The notes under the pieces are model-generated. The model made no database searches and was not told the DNA's origin. It saw only the letters and a list, made by a program, of their open reading frames with translations. Shown here piece after piece: positions 11,194-20,384 of a stretch of 64,000 bases of DNA (within the stretch, counting starts at the first letter, position 1; every line of letters begins with the position of its first letter). The stretch is taken from the NCBI GenBank assembly GCA_965215335.1, contig CBDCDA010000002.1, positions 64,001-128,000 of the forward strand, in the 5' to 3' direction. A program made the translations under genes and the position numbers. This DNA comes from an uncultured Candidatus Entotheonella sp. (GTDB taxonomy: Bacteria; Tectomicrobia; Entotheonellia; Entotheonellales; Entotheonellaceae).

Positions 11194-11823
11194 ATGGACA
11201 TCAACGAGCAAGAAACGGCGCCCGAATCGCAGGCCAAGGAAACGGCGGGCGCTGAAGAAATGGACGACCAGGGCAGAGTGGCGACAGCGGACACCCAGGA
11301 TGAAAACGAGGTTCCGCAAGCCGAGGCCGAGCCGAAACCCGAATCCTTGGCGGCCCAACTGGCCCAGATGCAGAAGGAGAGGGATGCTTACCTGGACGGG
11401 CTGCAGCGCTCGCGGGCTGAACTCGACAATTACCGACGGCGGGCCACACAGGAAAAGTTGCAGGCCGCCAGCCGCGGCAAGGCCGACCTCCTCGAAGCGC
11501 TGTTGCCCATCCTGGGCAACATGCGCCTGGCCTTGCAACACGCCGACCAGGACGCCAACGCCGTCAGGCAGGGCGTTCAGATGATCTGGCAGCAATTCGA
11601 AGGGTTCATGCGCGACCAGAGAGTCGAACCCATCGCCACCATTGGCGAGCCATTCGATCCGGCGCGTCACGAAGCGTTATCCACCGTTCCCGCCACCGAT
11701 GACCATCCTCCCGATACCATCGTCTCCGAGATCAAGGCCGGCTACCTGTTCGAAGGCCGGTTGCTCAGCCCCGCTCAAGTCATCGTGGCACGCGCAGCGG
11801 AAACGGATGCCGCGGCGGAGTAA
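11194..11823 (+). CDS. grpE: Nucleotide exchange factor GrpE
   Basis: Acidic N-terminus; RSRAELDNYRRR, GEPFDPARHEA and GYLFEGRLLSPAQVIV motifs; follows dnaK. Confidence 0.96.
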   Translation: MDINEQETAPESQAKETAGAEEMDDQGRVATADTQDENEVPQAEAEPKPESLAAQLAQMQKERDAYLDGLQRSRAELDNYRRRATQEKLQAASRGKADLLEALLPILGNMRLALQHADQDANAVRQGVQMIWQQFEGFMRDQRVEPIATIGEPFDPARHEALSTVPATDDHPPDTIVSEIKAGYLFEGRLLSPAQVIVARAAETDAAAE

Positions 11824-11991
11824 CGGCAGGATGTCCGATAGCGGACAGGAAAGACGATTCGGGTATCACCCATTGTGCTGACTTTCGTTTCCTGGAAATC
11901 AGGCCGGGCTTGCTGATCTCGAATCGACAGCAGAGCCCAGGACCGCTCCTTGCAACAGACGCGCAATCATCCCTTCATCCTTATATCAGGC

Positions 11992-13350
11992 TTATGTCAG
12001 GATGTCAGGCATCTCGCCGGGGACATCAGAGAACGCCCGTTCGGCTTCGCGGGCCAGGCGTTGACCCTCGGGGACGTTGACGAACGCAAGCAAGCCACCA
12101 CCGGCGACAAAAAAGGTGATCACGGCGAGAATGGCGTTGCGGCTGGAACCGGTGAGGGCAATCGTGCCGGCGAAGATGGCGGGACCGAGGATGCCGGCAA
12201 ACTTCTCGAAGACGGCAAAGAAGGCGAAGAACTCGGTCGAGCGATGGCGCGGAATCATGCTGGCGAACAGGGAGCGGGAAAGCGCCTGGCAGCCGCCCTG
12301 CACCATGCCGATCAGCACGGCCAGGATCAGGAAGTGGGCCGCTGTCTTCATGTAATACCCCAGCACGCTGACCCCGGCATACACCGTCAGGGCGAGGAAG
12401 ATGCTGCGCTTGGCGCCGATGCGCGACGCCAGCCCGCCAAACAGGAAGGCGAACGGAATACCGACGAACTGCACGATCAGAAAGGCGCCCATGAGCGCCT
12501 CCTGCCCGATGCCGATCTCGGTGCCGTAAACCGTCGCCATGCGAATGATGGTGCCGATGCCGTCGTTGTAGGTCAGGAAAGCGACCAACAGCAGAAACGC
12601 CTGCGGGTAGGCGCGCAGTTCGCGCAGCGTCATCCGCAAGCGACCCAAGGCGCCACGCAGGGGTGAAAAGTCACCGCTTTCGCCAGCGGCCAAGGCGCGC
12701 GGCGGCTCCGGGACACGCCGAAACAGCGGCACCGAGAACAGCAGCCACCACACCGCCACACTCAGAAACGCCCAGCGGCTGCCCGCCGCGGCGTCTGGCA
12801 TGCCGAAGGCCGTGGGAAACCGGATCCACGCCAGATTGACCGCCAGCAGAACCCCGCCCCCCAGATAGCCCAGCGCGTACCCCGCCGAGGACACCCGATC
12901 CATCTCGTCCGCCCGCGCCACGTGCGGCAGCAGCGCGTCATAGAAAACGAACGACCCGGAAGCGCCGACGTTGGCGAGGATGAACAAGCCGGCGCCGAGC
13001 ATCCACTCGCCGCGGTGGACGCAGAACATCCCGCCGCTGGCCCCTGCGCCCAGGATCAGAAACGCCGCCAGCAGCTTTTTCTTCATGGCGGCGAAATCGG
13101 CCAGGGCGCCCAGAAACGGCGCCAGCACCGCCACGCTGGCCAGGGCGATGGTCGTCGCCGTGGCAAAGCGCGCCGTGGCCACGGGCGGCGGCATTTCCGC
13201 AGCCGCCACGGCGCTGAAGTAAATCGGAAATACCGCGCCGACCACCGTGGTCACGAACGCCGAGTTTGCCAGGTCATACATCGCCCAGGCACGCAGTTCG
13301 GGACGGTCAAGGCCAAGGCGGTGCAAGAACGCGTGACGATTCGCCTGCAT
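11992..13350 (-). CDS. MFS transporter, UMF1/Atg22-like family
   Basis: AWAMYDLANSAF, FYDALLP, VSSAGYALGYLGG and QALSRSLFA motifs; about 12 TM segments. Confidence 0.9.
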   Translation of the reverse strand: MQANRHAFLHRLGLDRPELRAWAMYDLANSAFVTTVVGAVFPIYFSAVAAAEMPPPVATARFATATTIALASVAVLAPFLGALADFAAMKKKLLAAFLILGAGASGGMFCVHRGEWMLGAGLFILANVGASGSFVFYDALLPHVARADEMDRVSSAGYALGYLGGGVLLAVNLAWIRFPTAFGMPDAAAGSRWAFLSVAVWWLLFSVPLFRRVPEPPRALAAGESGDFSPLRGALGRLRMTLRELRAYPQAFLLLVAFLTYNDGIGTIIRMATVYGTEIGIGQEALMGAFLIVQFVGIPFAFLFGGLASRIGAKRSIFLALTVYAGVSVLGYYMKTAAHFLILAVLIGMVQGGCQALSRSLFASMIPRHRSTEFFAFFAVFEKFAGILGPAIFAGTIALTGSSRNAILAVITFFVAGGGLLAFVNVPEGQRLAREAERAFSDVPGEMPDILT

Positions 13351-13556
13351 CGCGCCGTTTTCTCTCTGCAAGAAGATGTCCAATAAACCCTTTTTCTCTC
13401 TTTGGAAGATTCGGAGCGGACGGACATGCTCAAGACATGCTCAACTCAAAAGGACTTGAACTTTACGCCAAATCGGAAAGAGACTTTGAAAGGGTGCCGA
13501 CACGGTGTTAACCTCGTCTGAGCAAAAAGGCGACTGGGCGTTCTCAGGAGGTCGCA

Positions 13557-14066
13557 ATGCCGCTTTCAACCCGTCGCTATTCGGATGGTGAAGTGCCTGA
13601 TTCCCGCTTTTCTGGCCTTTTACGTGTCTCCTTGCCCTTGTTTGGAATCCCCTGCCGCTTCTGGACCGCCTCCAGACACAAGAAACGGGGTGTTGACAAA
13701 GCCTGGCTGGTTTATGACGGCGAATGTCCGTTCTGCAAAAACTACGCGCACTATCTGGACGTGAGAAATGCCATCGGCGAATTCGTTCTCGTCAATGCCC
13801 GCGACGGCGGCCCGCTGGTCGAGGAGATAAGAAACCTCCCCTACGACCTGAACGACGGCATGGTACTGAAGATGCGTGGACACTACTATCTTGGCAGCGA
13901 CGCCCTGCACGCATTAGCGCTGTTGTCCGGCAAGCGCGGCGTTTTCAGCCTGGCGAACCGGATTCTGTTCAGCTTACCCGGCGCCGCGTGGGTCGGGTAT
14001 CCGCTGCTGAAACTCGGCCGGCGACTGGCACTGAAGTTGAAGGGCATTTCGCCAATCGCAACGTAG
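13557..14066 (+). CDS. DCC1-like (DUF393) thiol-disulfide oxidoreductase family protein
   Basis: LVYDGECPFC (DxxCxxC) motif and GSDALHAL; ATG 13557 has an AGGAGG RBS but the first ~45 aa look non-conserved, so the start is uncertain. Confidence 0.8.
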   Translation: MPLSTRRYSDGEVPDSRFSGLLRVSLPLFGIPCRFWTASRHKKRGVDKAWLVYDGECPFCKNYAHYLDVRNAIGEFVLVNARDGGPLVEEIRNLPYDLNDGMVLKMRGHYYLGSDALHALALLSGKRGVFSLANRILFSLPGAAWVGYPLLKLGRRLALKLKGISPIAT

Positions 14067-14141
14067 GCGTTCCTGAGCTTGCCCCGCGCGCCTGGCGGCT
14101 CAGGCGAGGCAGCACCCTCCCGGACGCCGCACAGACCGTCA

Positions 14142-14270
14142 TCAAACCCGCGGACCGTCCTTCTTTGCCACAGGTTGAACGCGGCTCTGGGCGTTGAGGA
14201 CTTCCGGACGGCTCACGGTCAGGGTCAGCACCGCGCCGTCCTATGCGAGTGTGAGGGTCTCGTAGGCCAT
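14142..14270 (-). pseudogene. 5' remnant of an enoyl-CoA hydratase/isomerase gene
   Basis: Reads MAYETLTLA*DGAVLTLTVSRPEVLNAQSR..., a crotonase N-terminus with RBS AAGGA; TAG at codon 10 (14243-14241); similarity ends after about 30 codons. Not in the ORF track. Confidence 0.75.
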
Positions 14271-14426
14271 GCTGTTCCTTTCTTCACGCTGTGTCGATTC
14301 ACGCCACGCCCGGCCGCCCCACACGGCTGCGGACGGGCTATTGTAGTCGGCCCGCCCGGGCGAGACAAACCACCGCGAGCAGCGTCCTGAATCCCTTTCG
14401 CAGCCTGTCGCACCCCGCCGCGTCGC

Positions 14427-14455
14427 TTGATCTTGCCACCGACTGCGGCTACACT
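14427..14455 (+). promoter_or_regulatory. Candidate sigma70 promoter of the citrate synthase-prpF-aconitase operon
   Basis: TTGATC, 17 nt spacer, TACACT. Confidence 0.5.
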
Positions 14456-14590
14456 GCGCACCTTGCCGGACGGTTTCAGCACATCAAGATGGCGCCGTAA
14501 CCAGGCGCAGTTCCAAGCCTGCTGACCAAAGGCGCCCGACTGCCAGAACTCGAATCCTGCCAGCCATAAGCGGCGCACGCGAGGGTGATC

Positions 14591-15736
14591 ATGACTGAGG
14601 CGAGCCAAAGCCCCGGACTCGATCCGGGGGAACAGGTCATTTCGGGACTCGAGGGGATTCTGGCCTGCGAGTCGAGCATCGCGTTCATCGACGGGTCGAT
14701 TCCCGAGCTGTCATTTCGTGGTTACGACATCACGGACATTGCGCAGACCTTGACGTTCGAGCAAGTGGCCTACCTGCTCTGGAACGACAGGCTGCCGAGC
14801 GGCGACGAACTCGCGGCGTTCGGCGACGAACTCGCCGGTCAGCGGGCAATCCCCGAAGCGCTGGTCGGTGTGCTGCGCGGCTTGCCGGCGTCGGCCCACC
14901 CGATGGCTGCGCTACGCACCGCGGTGTCGTGGCTGGGCGCAATGGACGCGCGGGCCGAGGACATCGGCGCCGCGGACAACCAGCGCAAGGCCATGGCCCT
15001 GACGGCGCAAATGCCCACCGTCGTGGCGGCGCAGGCACGCCTGCAACAGGGCCGGGAGCCGGTCGCACCGCGTTCCGACCTCAGCCACGCCGCCAACTAC
15101 TGCTATATGCTCACCGGCGAGACCCCGAACGACACCACGACGCGCACCTTCGACACCATGCTCATCCTGTACGCCGAGCACGAAACCAACGCCTCGACGT
15201 TCGCCTGCCGTGTGGTCGTGGGGACCGAGGCCGATTTGTATTCCGCGGTGGTAGCCGGTCTCGGCGCCATCAAAGGCCCGCTACACGGCGGCGCCATCGA
15301 CGACGTGATGCGCATGCTGATCGACATCGGCTCGCCCGACCGCGCCGCGGCGTTTGTCGACGAGGCGCTGTCAGCACGGCGCAAGTTGCCCGGCTTCGGC
15401 CACCGGGTGTACCGCGCCGGCGACCCGCGCGCCGCCCAGCTTCGCGGCATGGCGGAGAAGCTCGGCCAGGCCAGCGGCGACGACAAATGGTTTGTCATCG
15501 CCACCGCCGCGGAGCAGAGAATGCGCGACACCAAGGGCATCATCGCCAACGTGGATTATTTCGCGGCGCCGGTGCTGTACCACCTGGGCTTTCCGCTGAG
15601 CCTATTCACCAACGTGATCGCCAGCACCCGCATCGTCGGCTGGTCGGCGCACATCCTGGAGCAGTACGCCAACAACCGCCTGATCCGGCCGCGGGCGCTG
15701 TACGTCGGCCACCGCAACCGCAAGCTCGGGGCGTAG
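14591..15736 (+). CDS. Citrate/2-methylcitrate synthase
   Basis: EHETNASTF, KGPLHGGA, GFGHRVY, DPRA, NVDYF and RLIRPR motifs; adjacency to prpF favours PrpC. Confidence 0.92.
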   Translation: MTEASQSPGLDPGEQVISGLEGILACESSIAFIDGSIPELSFRGYDITDIAQTLTFEQVAYLLWNDRLPSGDELAAFGDELAGQRAIPEALVGVLRGLPASAHPMAALRTAVSWLGAMDARAEDIGAADNQRKAMALTAQMPTVVAAQARLQQGREPVAPRSDLSHAANYCYMLTGETPNDTTTRTFDTMLILYAEHETNASTFACRVVVGTEADLYSAVVAGLGAIKGPLHGGAIDDVMRMLIDIGSPDRAAAFVDEALSARRKLPGFGHRVYRAGDPRAAQLRGMAEKLGQASGDDKWFVIATAAEQRMRDTKGIIANVDYFAAPVLYHLGFPLSLFTNVIASTRIVGWSAHILEQYANNRLIRPRALYVGHRNRKLGA

Positions 15737-15751
15737 CGCGAGGGTCGCAGC

Positions 15752-16948
15752 ATGCAACACAAAATCCCGGCGGTATTCATGCGCGGCGGCACCAGCCGAG
15801 CCGTGTTCTTCACCCAAGCGGCGATGCAGCCGTACGACGACGCCACCCGCGACGCCATCATCCTGACGGCCCTCGGCAGCCCCGATCCGTACGGGCGGCA
15901 GATCGACGGTCTCGGCGGCGGCATTTCGTCGCTCAGCAAGGCTGCCATCATCGGGCCGTGCGCCAGCCCGGAGGCCGACGTGACCTTCACGTTCGCGCAG
16001 GTGGACGTGCACAAGCCGTTCGTCGATTGGCGCGGCACCTGCGGCAACATGTCGGCGGCGGTCGGACCTTTTGCCATCGACGAGGGCCTGGTGCAGCCGG
16101 TCGAGCCGGTGACCCGGGTGTGGGTGCTGGCGACCAACACGGGCAAGCGCTACATCGCCCACGTGCCGGTGCAGGACGGCCGCGTGGCGGTCGAAGGCGA
16201 CGCCGCCATCGACGGCGTGCCGGGCACGGGCGCGGGCATCGTCCTGGAGTACTTAGAGCCGGGCGGTACGCTCGGCGGCGATCTGCTGCCTACCGGACAG
16301 CCCCGGCAGCAGATCACCCTGTCGGATGGGAGACAAGTCAGCGTTTCGGTGGTGGACGCTGCCCTGCCCATGGTGTACGTGCGCGCCGCGGAACTGGGCG
16401 CCGATGCGACCCTGCTGGCGCCTCAATTGGACGCCGATACCGGCTTGCAAGCGCGCCTGGAAGAAATCCGCTGCCACGCCGCCGTCCTGTTCGGGCTGGC
16501 GGATGACGTGCAGCAGGCCACCGACAGGGTCAAGGCCGTGCCCAAAGTCGCTCTCGTGGCACCACCCGCGGATTACGCCAGCAGCGCCGGCAAGGCCATT
16601 GCCGCGGCGAGTGTAGACGTGGTGGCGCGGGCCATTTCCATGCGCAACACCCACCGCACGTTTCCCGGAACCGCCTCCATGTGCACTGCGGTTGCCGCGG
16701 CTGTGGAGGGTACCGTGGTACATGAGGTCGCGCGTCCCGAGCGCGGCGCGTGGCTGCGCCTCGGGCATCCCGCCGGGATCATGGAAATCGCCACCCAGGT
16801 GCATCAGAAGGACGGCGCCTGGCAGGTCGAAAGTGTCACCACGCACCGCACCGCCCGCCGCATCATGGAGGGCGCCATCCTCGTGCCGTCAAGCACCATG
16901 GCCGGCAAGCCCTGGTTCAGGGCTTGCCGGCCGGCGGAGCCCGCATGA
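15752..16948 (+). CDS. prpF: PrpF-family aconitate/2-methylaconitate isomerase
   Basis: MRGGTSRA, GSPDPYGRQIDGLGGGISSLSK, GTCGNM (catalytic Cys), GHPAG and RTARRIMEG motifs. Confidence 0.95.
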   Translation: MQHKIPAVFMRGGTSRAVFFTQAAMQPYDDATRDAIILTALGSPDPYGRQIDGLGGGISSLSKAAIIGPCASPEADVTFTFAQVDVHKPFVDWRGTCGNMSAAVGPFAIDEGLVQPVEPVTRVWVLATNTGKRYIAHVPVQDGRVAVEGDAAIDGVPGTGAGIVLEYLEPGGTLGGDLLPTGQPRQQITLSDGRQVSVSVVDAALPMVYVRAAELGADATLLAPQLDADTGLQARLEEIRCHAAVLFGLADDVQQATDRVKAVPKVALVAPPADYASSAGKAIAAASVDVVARAISMRNTHRTFPGTASMCTAVAAAVEGTVVHEVARPERGAWLRLGHPAGIMEIATQVHQKDGAWQVESVTTHRTARRIMEGAILVPSSTMAGKPWFRACRPAEPA

Positions 16949-18870
16949 ATCTCACCCGCCAATTGATCCAGGCCCATCTCGTCAGGGGCGAGATGACGCC
17001 GGGTTCGGAAATCTCCCTGCGCATCGATCAGACCCTGTCCCAGGACGCCACCGGCACGCTGTCATATTTGCAGTTCGAAGCCATCGGCGTGCCGCGCGTG
17101 CAGACGCAGTTGTCGGTGAGCTACGTCGACCACAACATGCTGCAGGGCGACTTCCGCAACGCCGACGATCACGTCTACCTGCAGGATGTGGCCGCCAAGT
17201 ACGGCCTGTACTACTCGCGGCCCGGCAACGGCATCTGCCACCAGGTGCACCTCGAACGCTACGCGGCGCCGGGCACCACGCTGCTGGGTACGGACAGCCA
17301 CACCCCGACGTGCGGCGGCATGGGCGTGCTGGCCATCGGCGCCGGCGGGCTGGACGTCGCTCTTGCCATGGCAGGAAGCCCTTACAACATGCGCATGCCG
17401 AAAGTGCTGGGGGTGGAATTGCGCGGCCGCCTGCAGCCGGGGGTGACGGCCAAGGACGTGATTTTCGAGGTATTGCGGCGGCTGACCGTCAAGGGCGGCG
17501 TGGGCCGGGTACTCGAGTATGGCGGTCCCGGCGTGGCGCACCTCGACGTGCCGGAGCGCGCCACCATCACCAACATGGGGGCCGAGCTTGGCGCCACCAC
17601 GTCGATCTTCCCGAGCGATGAGCGCACCGCGGCGTATCTCGAGCGGCAACAGCGGCTGGATGCCTTTACCCCGCTGGCCGCGGCGGACGGGGCTACGTAC
17701 GACGAACACCTGCGCATCGACCTCGACACCCTGGAGCCGCTGATCGCGCAGCCGTCCAGCCCTGACAACATCTGTCCGATCCGCGACGTGCTCGGTATCC
17801 CGGTCAATCAGGTGGCGGTCGGCAGCTGCACCAATTCGTCCTACAGTGACCTGATGACCATCGCCGCCATTCTCAAGGGCCGCACGGTGCACCAGCGGGT
17901 GAATCTGGTGATCAGCCCGGGGTCGCGTCAGGTGCTGCAGATGATCGCCCGCAACGGCGCCCTGGCGGATCTCATCGCCGCGGGCGCGCGCATTCTGGAA
18001 TCCGCCTGCGGGCCGTGCGCCGGCATGGGGCAGGTGCCGTCGTTCGACGCCGTGTCGGTACGCTCGTTCAACCGCAATTTTCCCGGGCGCTCGGGCGACC
18101 CCAACAACCGCGTGTATCTGGCCAGCCCGGCGGCCTGCGCGGCCGCGGCTCTGGCCGGTGAAGTCGCCGACCCGCGCCTGGTCGCGGTCGAACCCGTCGG
18201 GCTGCCCGACGCCTACATGATCGACGACACCGGCGTGCTGCCGCCGGCCGCAGCCCCGGAGCAAATCGACATCCGTCGCGGGCCCAACATCAAGCCGCTG
18301 CCCAGCCGCGGCGACCTGGAGGAAACACTGGCGGGCGAGGTGCTTCTGAAGCTGGACGACAACATTTCCACCGACCACATCCTGCCCGCCGGCCCCACGG
18401 TGCTGCCGCTGCGCTCGAACGTTCCCGCCATTGCCGAATACCTGTTTCGCTACGTCGATCCGACGTTCGTCGAGCGTGTCAAGGCGGCGGGCGGCGGGTT
18501 CGTCATCGGCGGCCACAATTACGGCCAGGGCAGCTCGCGCGAGCACGCCGCCCTGTGCCCCATGTATTTCGGCGTCAAGGCCATCATCGCCAAGTCGTTC
18601 GCCCGTATTCATCGCGCCAACCTGATGAACTACGCCGTGCTGCCCCTGACGCTCGTGGACGAAGACGACCATGGCCGCCTCGATCCCGAGGATCGTCTGG
18701 AAATCCCCGACGTGCGGCAGCGCCTGCTGGACGGCGCCGAGCACATTCCGGTGCACAACCGCACCCAACGGCACATCATTGATACCTGCCTGCCCCTTAC
18801 CGACCGCGAACGACAGGTCGTGCTGGCCGGGGGCCTGCTGCGATTCGCTGGAAAGGAGTTCACCACATGA
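16945..18870 (+). CDS. Aconitate hydratase (compact ~640 aa type)
   Basis: QDATGT, GICHQVH, GTDSHT, GSCTNS, CGPCAG (three Fe-S Cys) and NYGQGSSREHAA; ATGA overlap with prpF. Confidence 0.94.
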   Translation: MNLTRQLIQAHLVRGEMTPGSEISLRIDQTLSQDATGTLSYLQFEAIGVPRVQTQLSVSYVDHNMLQGDFRNADDHVYLQDVAAKYGLYYSRPGNGICHQVHLERYAAPGTTLLGTDSHTPTCGGMGVLAIGAGGLDVALAMAGSPYNMRMPKVLGVELRGRLQPGVTAKDVIFEVLRRLTVKGGVGRVLEYGGPGVAHLDVPERATITNMGAELGATTSIFPSDERTAAYLERQQRLDAFTPLAAADGATYDEHLRIDLDTLEPLIAQPSSPDNICPIRDVLGIPVNQVAVGSCTNSSYSDLMTIAAILKGRTVHQRVNLVISPGSRQVLQMIARNGALADLIAAGARILESACGPCAGMGQVPSFDAVSVRSFNRNFPGRSGDPNNRVYLASPAACAAAALAGEVADPRLVAVEPVGLPDAYMIDDTGVLPPAAAPEQIDIRRGPNIKPLPSRGDLEETLAGEVLLKLDDNISTDHILPAGPTVLPLRSNVPAIAEYLFRYVDPTFVERVKAAGGGFVIGGHNYGQGSSREHAALCPMYFGVKAIIAKSFARIHRANLMNYAVLPLTLVDEDDHGRLDPEDRLEIPDVRQRLLDGAEHIPVHNRTQRHIIDTCLPLTDRERQVVLAGGLLRFAGKEFTT

Positions 18871-19886
18871 GCGATCTGCCTATTCTTCCCACCACCGTCG
18901 TCGGCTCGCATGGCAAGCCCGGCTGGTGGCACGCTTGCAAAGACCTGCACGACGAGGGTGCCTGGGGGCCGTACGATCTGGCGGAGCTGCTCGACGACGC
19001 CACGGATGTTGCCATTCTGGACCAGGAGCGCGCCGGGGTGGACATCATCAGCGACGGCGAATCGCGTCGCCTGGACGGCTACGTGGACGGCTACTACCGC
19101 ATCATCGACGGCATCCGCGCCCTGCCCACGGCGCGCCACGCCGGACCCTGGGGGTACGACCAGCAGACGCGCTACGAGGCCATCGGCAAGATCAACGCGC
19201 CTACCGGGATGGGCATCGTGCAGGAGTTCGAATACCTGAACGCCCACACGCAGCGACCCACCAAGGTGACCTGCGCCGGGCCGCTGACCTTCGGCTCGCG
19301 CATCCGGCCCAATAACTTCTACAGCGATACGGTGGCGGTGGCCGAGGAGTTCGCGCACGTCATCAACACCGAGCTCAAGGCGCTGGTTGACGCCGGGGCA
19401 CGCCTCATTCAGATCGACGAGCCGGCGCGCGGCAACGTTACCGGCGCGGAAATGGCCCGCCTGTTCAACCTCGCCACGGAAGGCGTGGAGGCCAAGCTGG
19501 CGTTTCACATCTGTTTTGGCAACCGCTTCGGCAGGGCGCGATTCCAGCGCCGCTACGGCAACTACTTTCCCGGCGCCCTGGAAGCGCGCGCCGATCAATT
19601 CGTGCTGGAGTACGCCAGCCGCGAGATGGCCGAGATCGAGATGTGGCGGGAGTGGAACGACGGCCGGGAACTGGGCGCCGGCATTATCGACGTGAAGTCG
19701 TTTCACCCGGAAACGCCGGAGAATGTGGCGGCGCGGCTGCGTCAGGTTCTCAAGTACGCCGACGCCGACAAGGTGTACGTCAATCCCGACTGTGGATTTG
19801 GCTGGAGTCCGCGCGGCATGGCGGTGGGCAAGCTGCGCGCCATGGTCGCCGGGGCCCGCATCGTCCGTGAGGAACTCACTGGCTAA
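18867..19886 (+). CDS. Cobalamin-independent methionine synthase-like protein (single catalytic barrel, Meth_synt_2)
   Basis: TTVVGS, QERAGVDIISDGE, IQIDEP; Zn ligands in HICFG, VLEYA and NPDCG; ATGA overlap with the aconitase. Confidence 0.9.
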   Translation: MSDLPILPTTVVGSHGKPGWWHACKDLHDEGAWGPYDLAELLDDATDVAILDQERAGVDIISDGESRRLDGYVDGYYRIIDGIRALPTARHAGPWGYDQQTRYEAIGKINAPTGMGIVQEFEYLNAHTQRPTKVTCAGPLTFGSRIRPNNFYSDTVAVAEEFAHVINTELKALVDAGARLIQIDEPARGNVTGAEMARLFNLATEGVEAKLAFHICFGNRFGRARFQRRYGNYFPGALEARADQFVLEYASREMAEIEMWREWNDGRELGAGIIDVKSFHPETPENVAARLRQVLKYADADKVYVNPDCGFGWSPRGMAVGKLRAMVAGARIVREELTG

Positions 19887-19897
19887 GGAGGTGGCCC

Positions 19898-20278
19898 GTG
19901 TATCGGCCGAAGAGCAGAGTACAGGCCGTCGTGACCGTTCTCCTGACGCTCGCGTTTCTGGGCTCGGGAATCATGAAACTGATGGGCGTGGAACAGAGCC
20001 GGCAGGGCTTCGAGAATTGGGGCTACCCAATCTTCTTCATGTACCTCATCGGCCTCTGCGAGGTGGCGGGCGCCGTCGGCCTGTGGCTGCGGCGCTTCTC
20101 CTATGCCGCCAAAGTATGCTTCATCATCCTCATGGCGGGCGCGGTGCTGACGCATCTCGTCTTCGACACGGTCAAGGATGCCGTGCCGCCCATCATCCTG
20201 ATCATCCTGACCGCCGTGGCGTTGGCTCTGCACCGCAAAGAGCGCGACACGAATGATGATCTGATGCCCGCGGCGTAA
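19898..20278 (+). CDS. DoxX-family membrane protein
   Basis: FLGSGIMKL...F..WGYP...IGLCEVAGAVGL...MAGAVLTH pattern; RBS AAGGAGG before GTG. Confidence 0.85.
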   Translation: MYRPKSRVQAVVTVLLTLAFLGSGIMKLMGVEQSRQGFENWGYPIFFMYLIGLCEVAGAVGLWLRRFSYAAKVCFIILMAGAVLTHLVFDTVKDAVPPIILIILTAVALALHRKERDTNDDLMPAA

Positions 20279-20384
20279 GTCGTGCGCCACGGCCTTATTT
20301 TGGTGTAAGGATGGCGTTGAGGATTTCTCATAAATCGACCTGTCGCCTTCGTTCTCCAGGCTTGTCTGGTGGCAACATGGGTTT

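Noticed and set aside
11824..11990. Possible hammerhead ribozyme on the minus strand (CTGA...GAAA)
   Set aside because: The core reads CTGATTT and not CTGAnGA, and the three stems cannot be built.
13470..13556. Glycine-riboswitch-like words (GGAAAG...GCCGA...CTCAGG)
   Set aside because: The core is imperfect (GCCGACAC, no closing P1), CTCAGG is part of the RBS, and the downstream gene is unrelated to glycine.
14241..14243. In-frame TAG as a pyrrolysine codon
   Set aside because: The frame ends about 33 codons later, and no pyl genes are in the window; a pseudogene is simpler.
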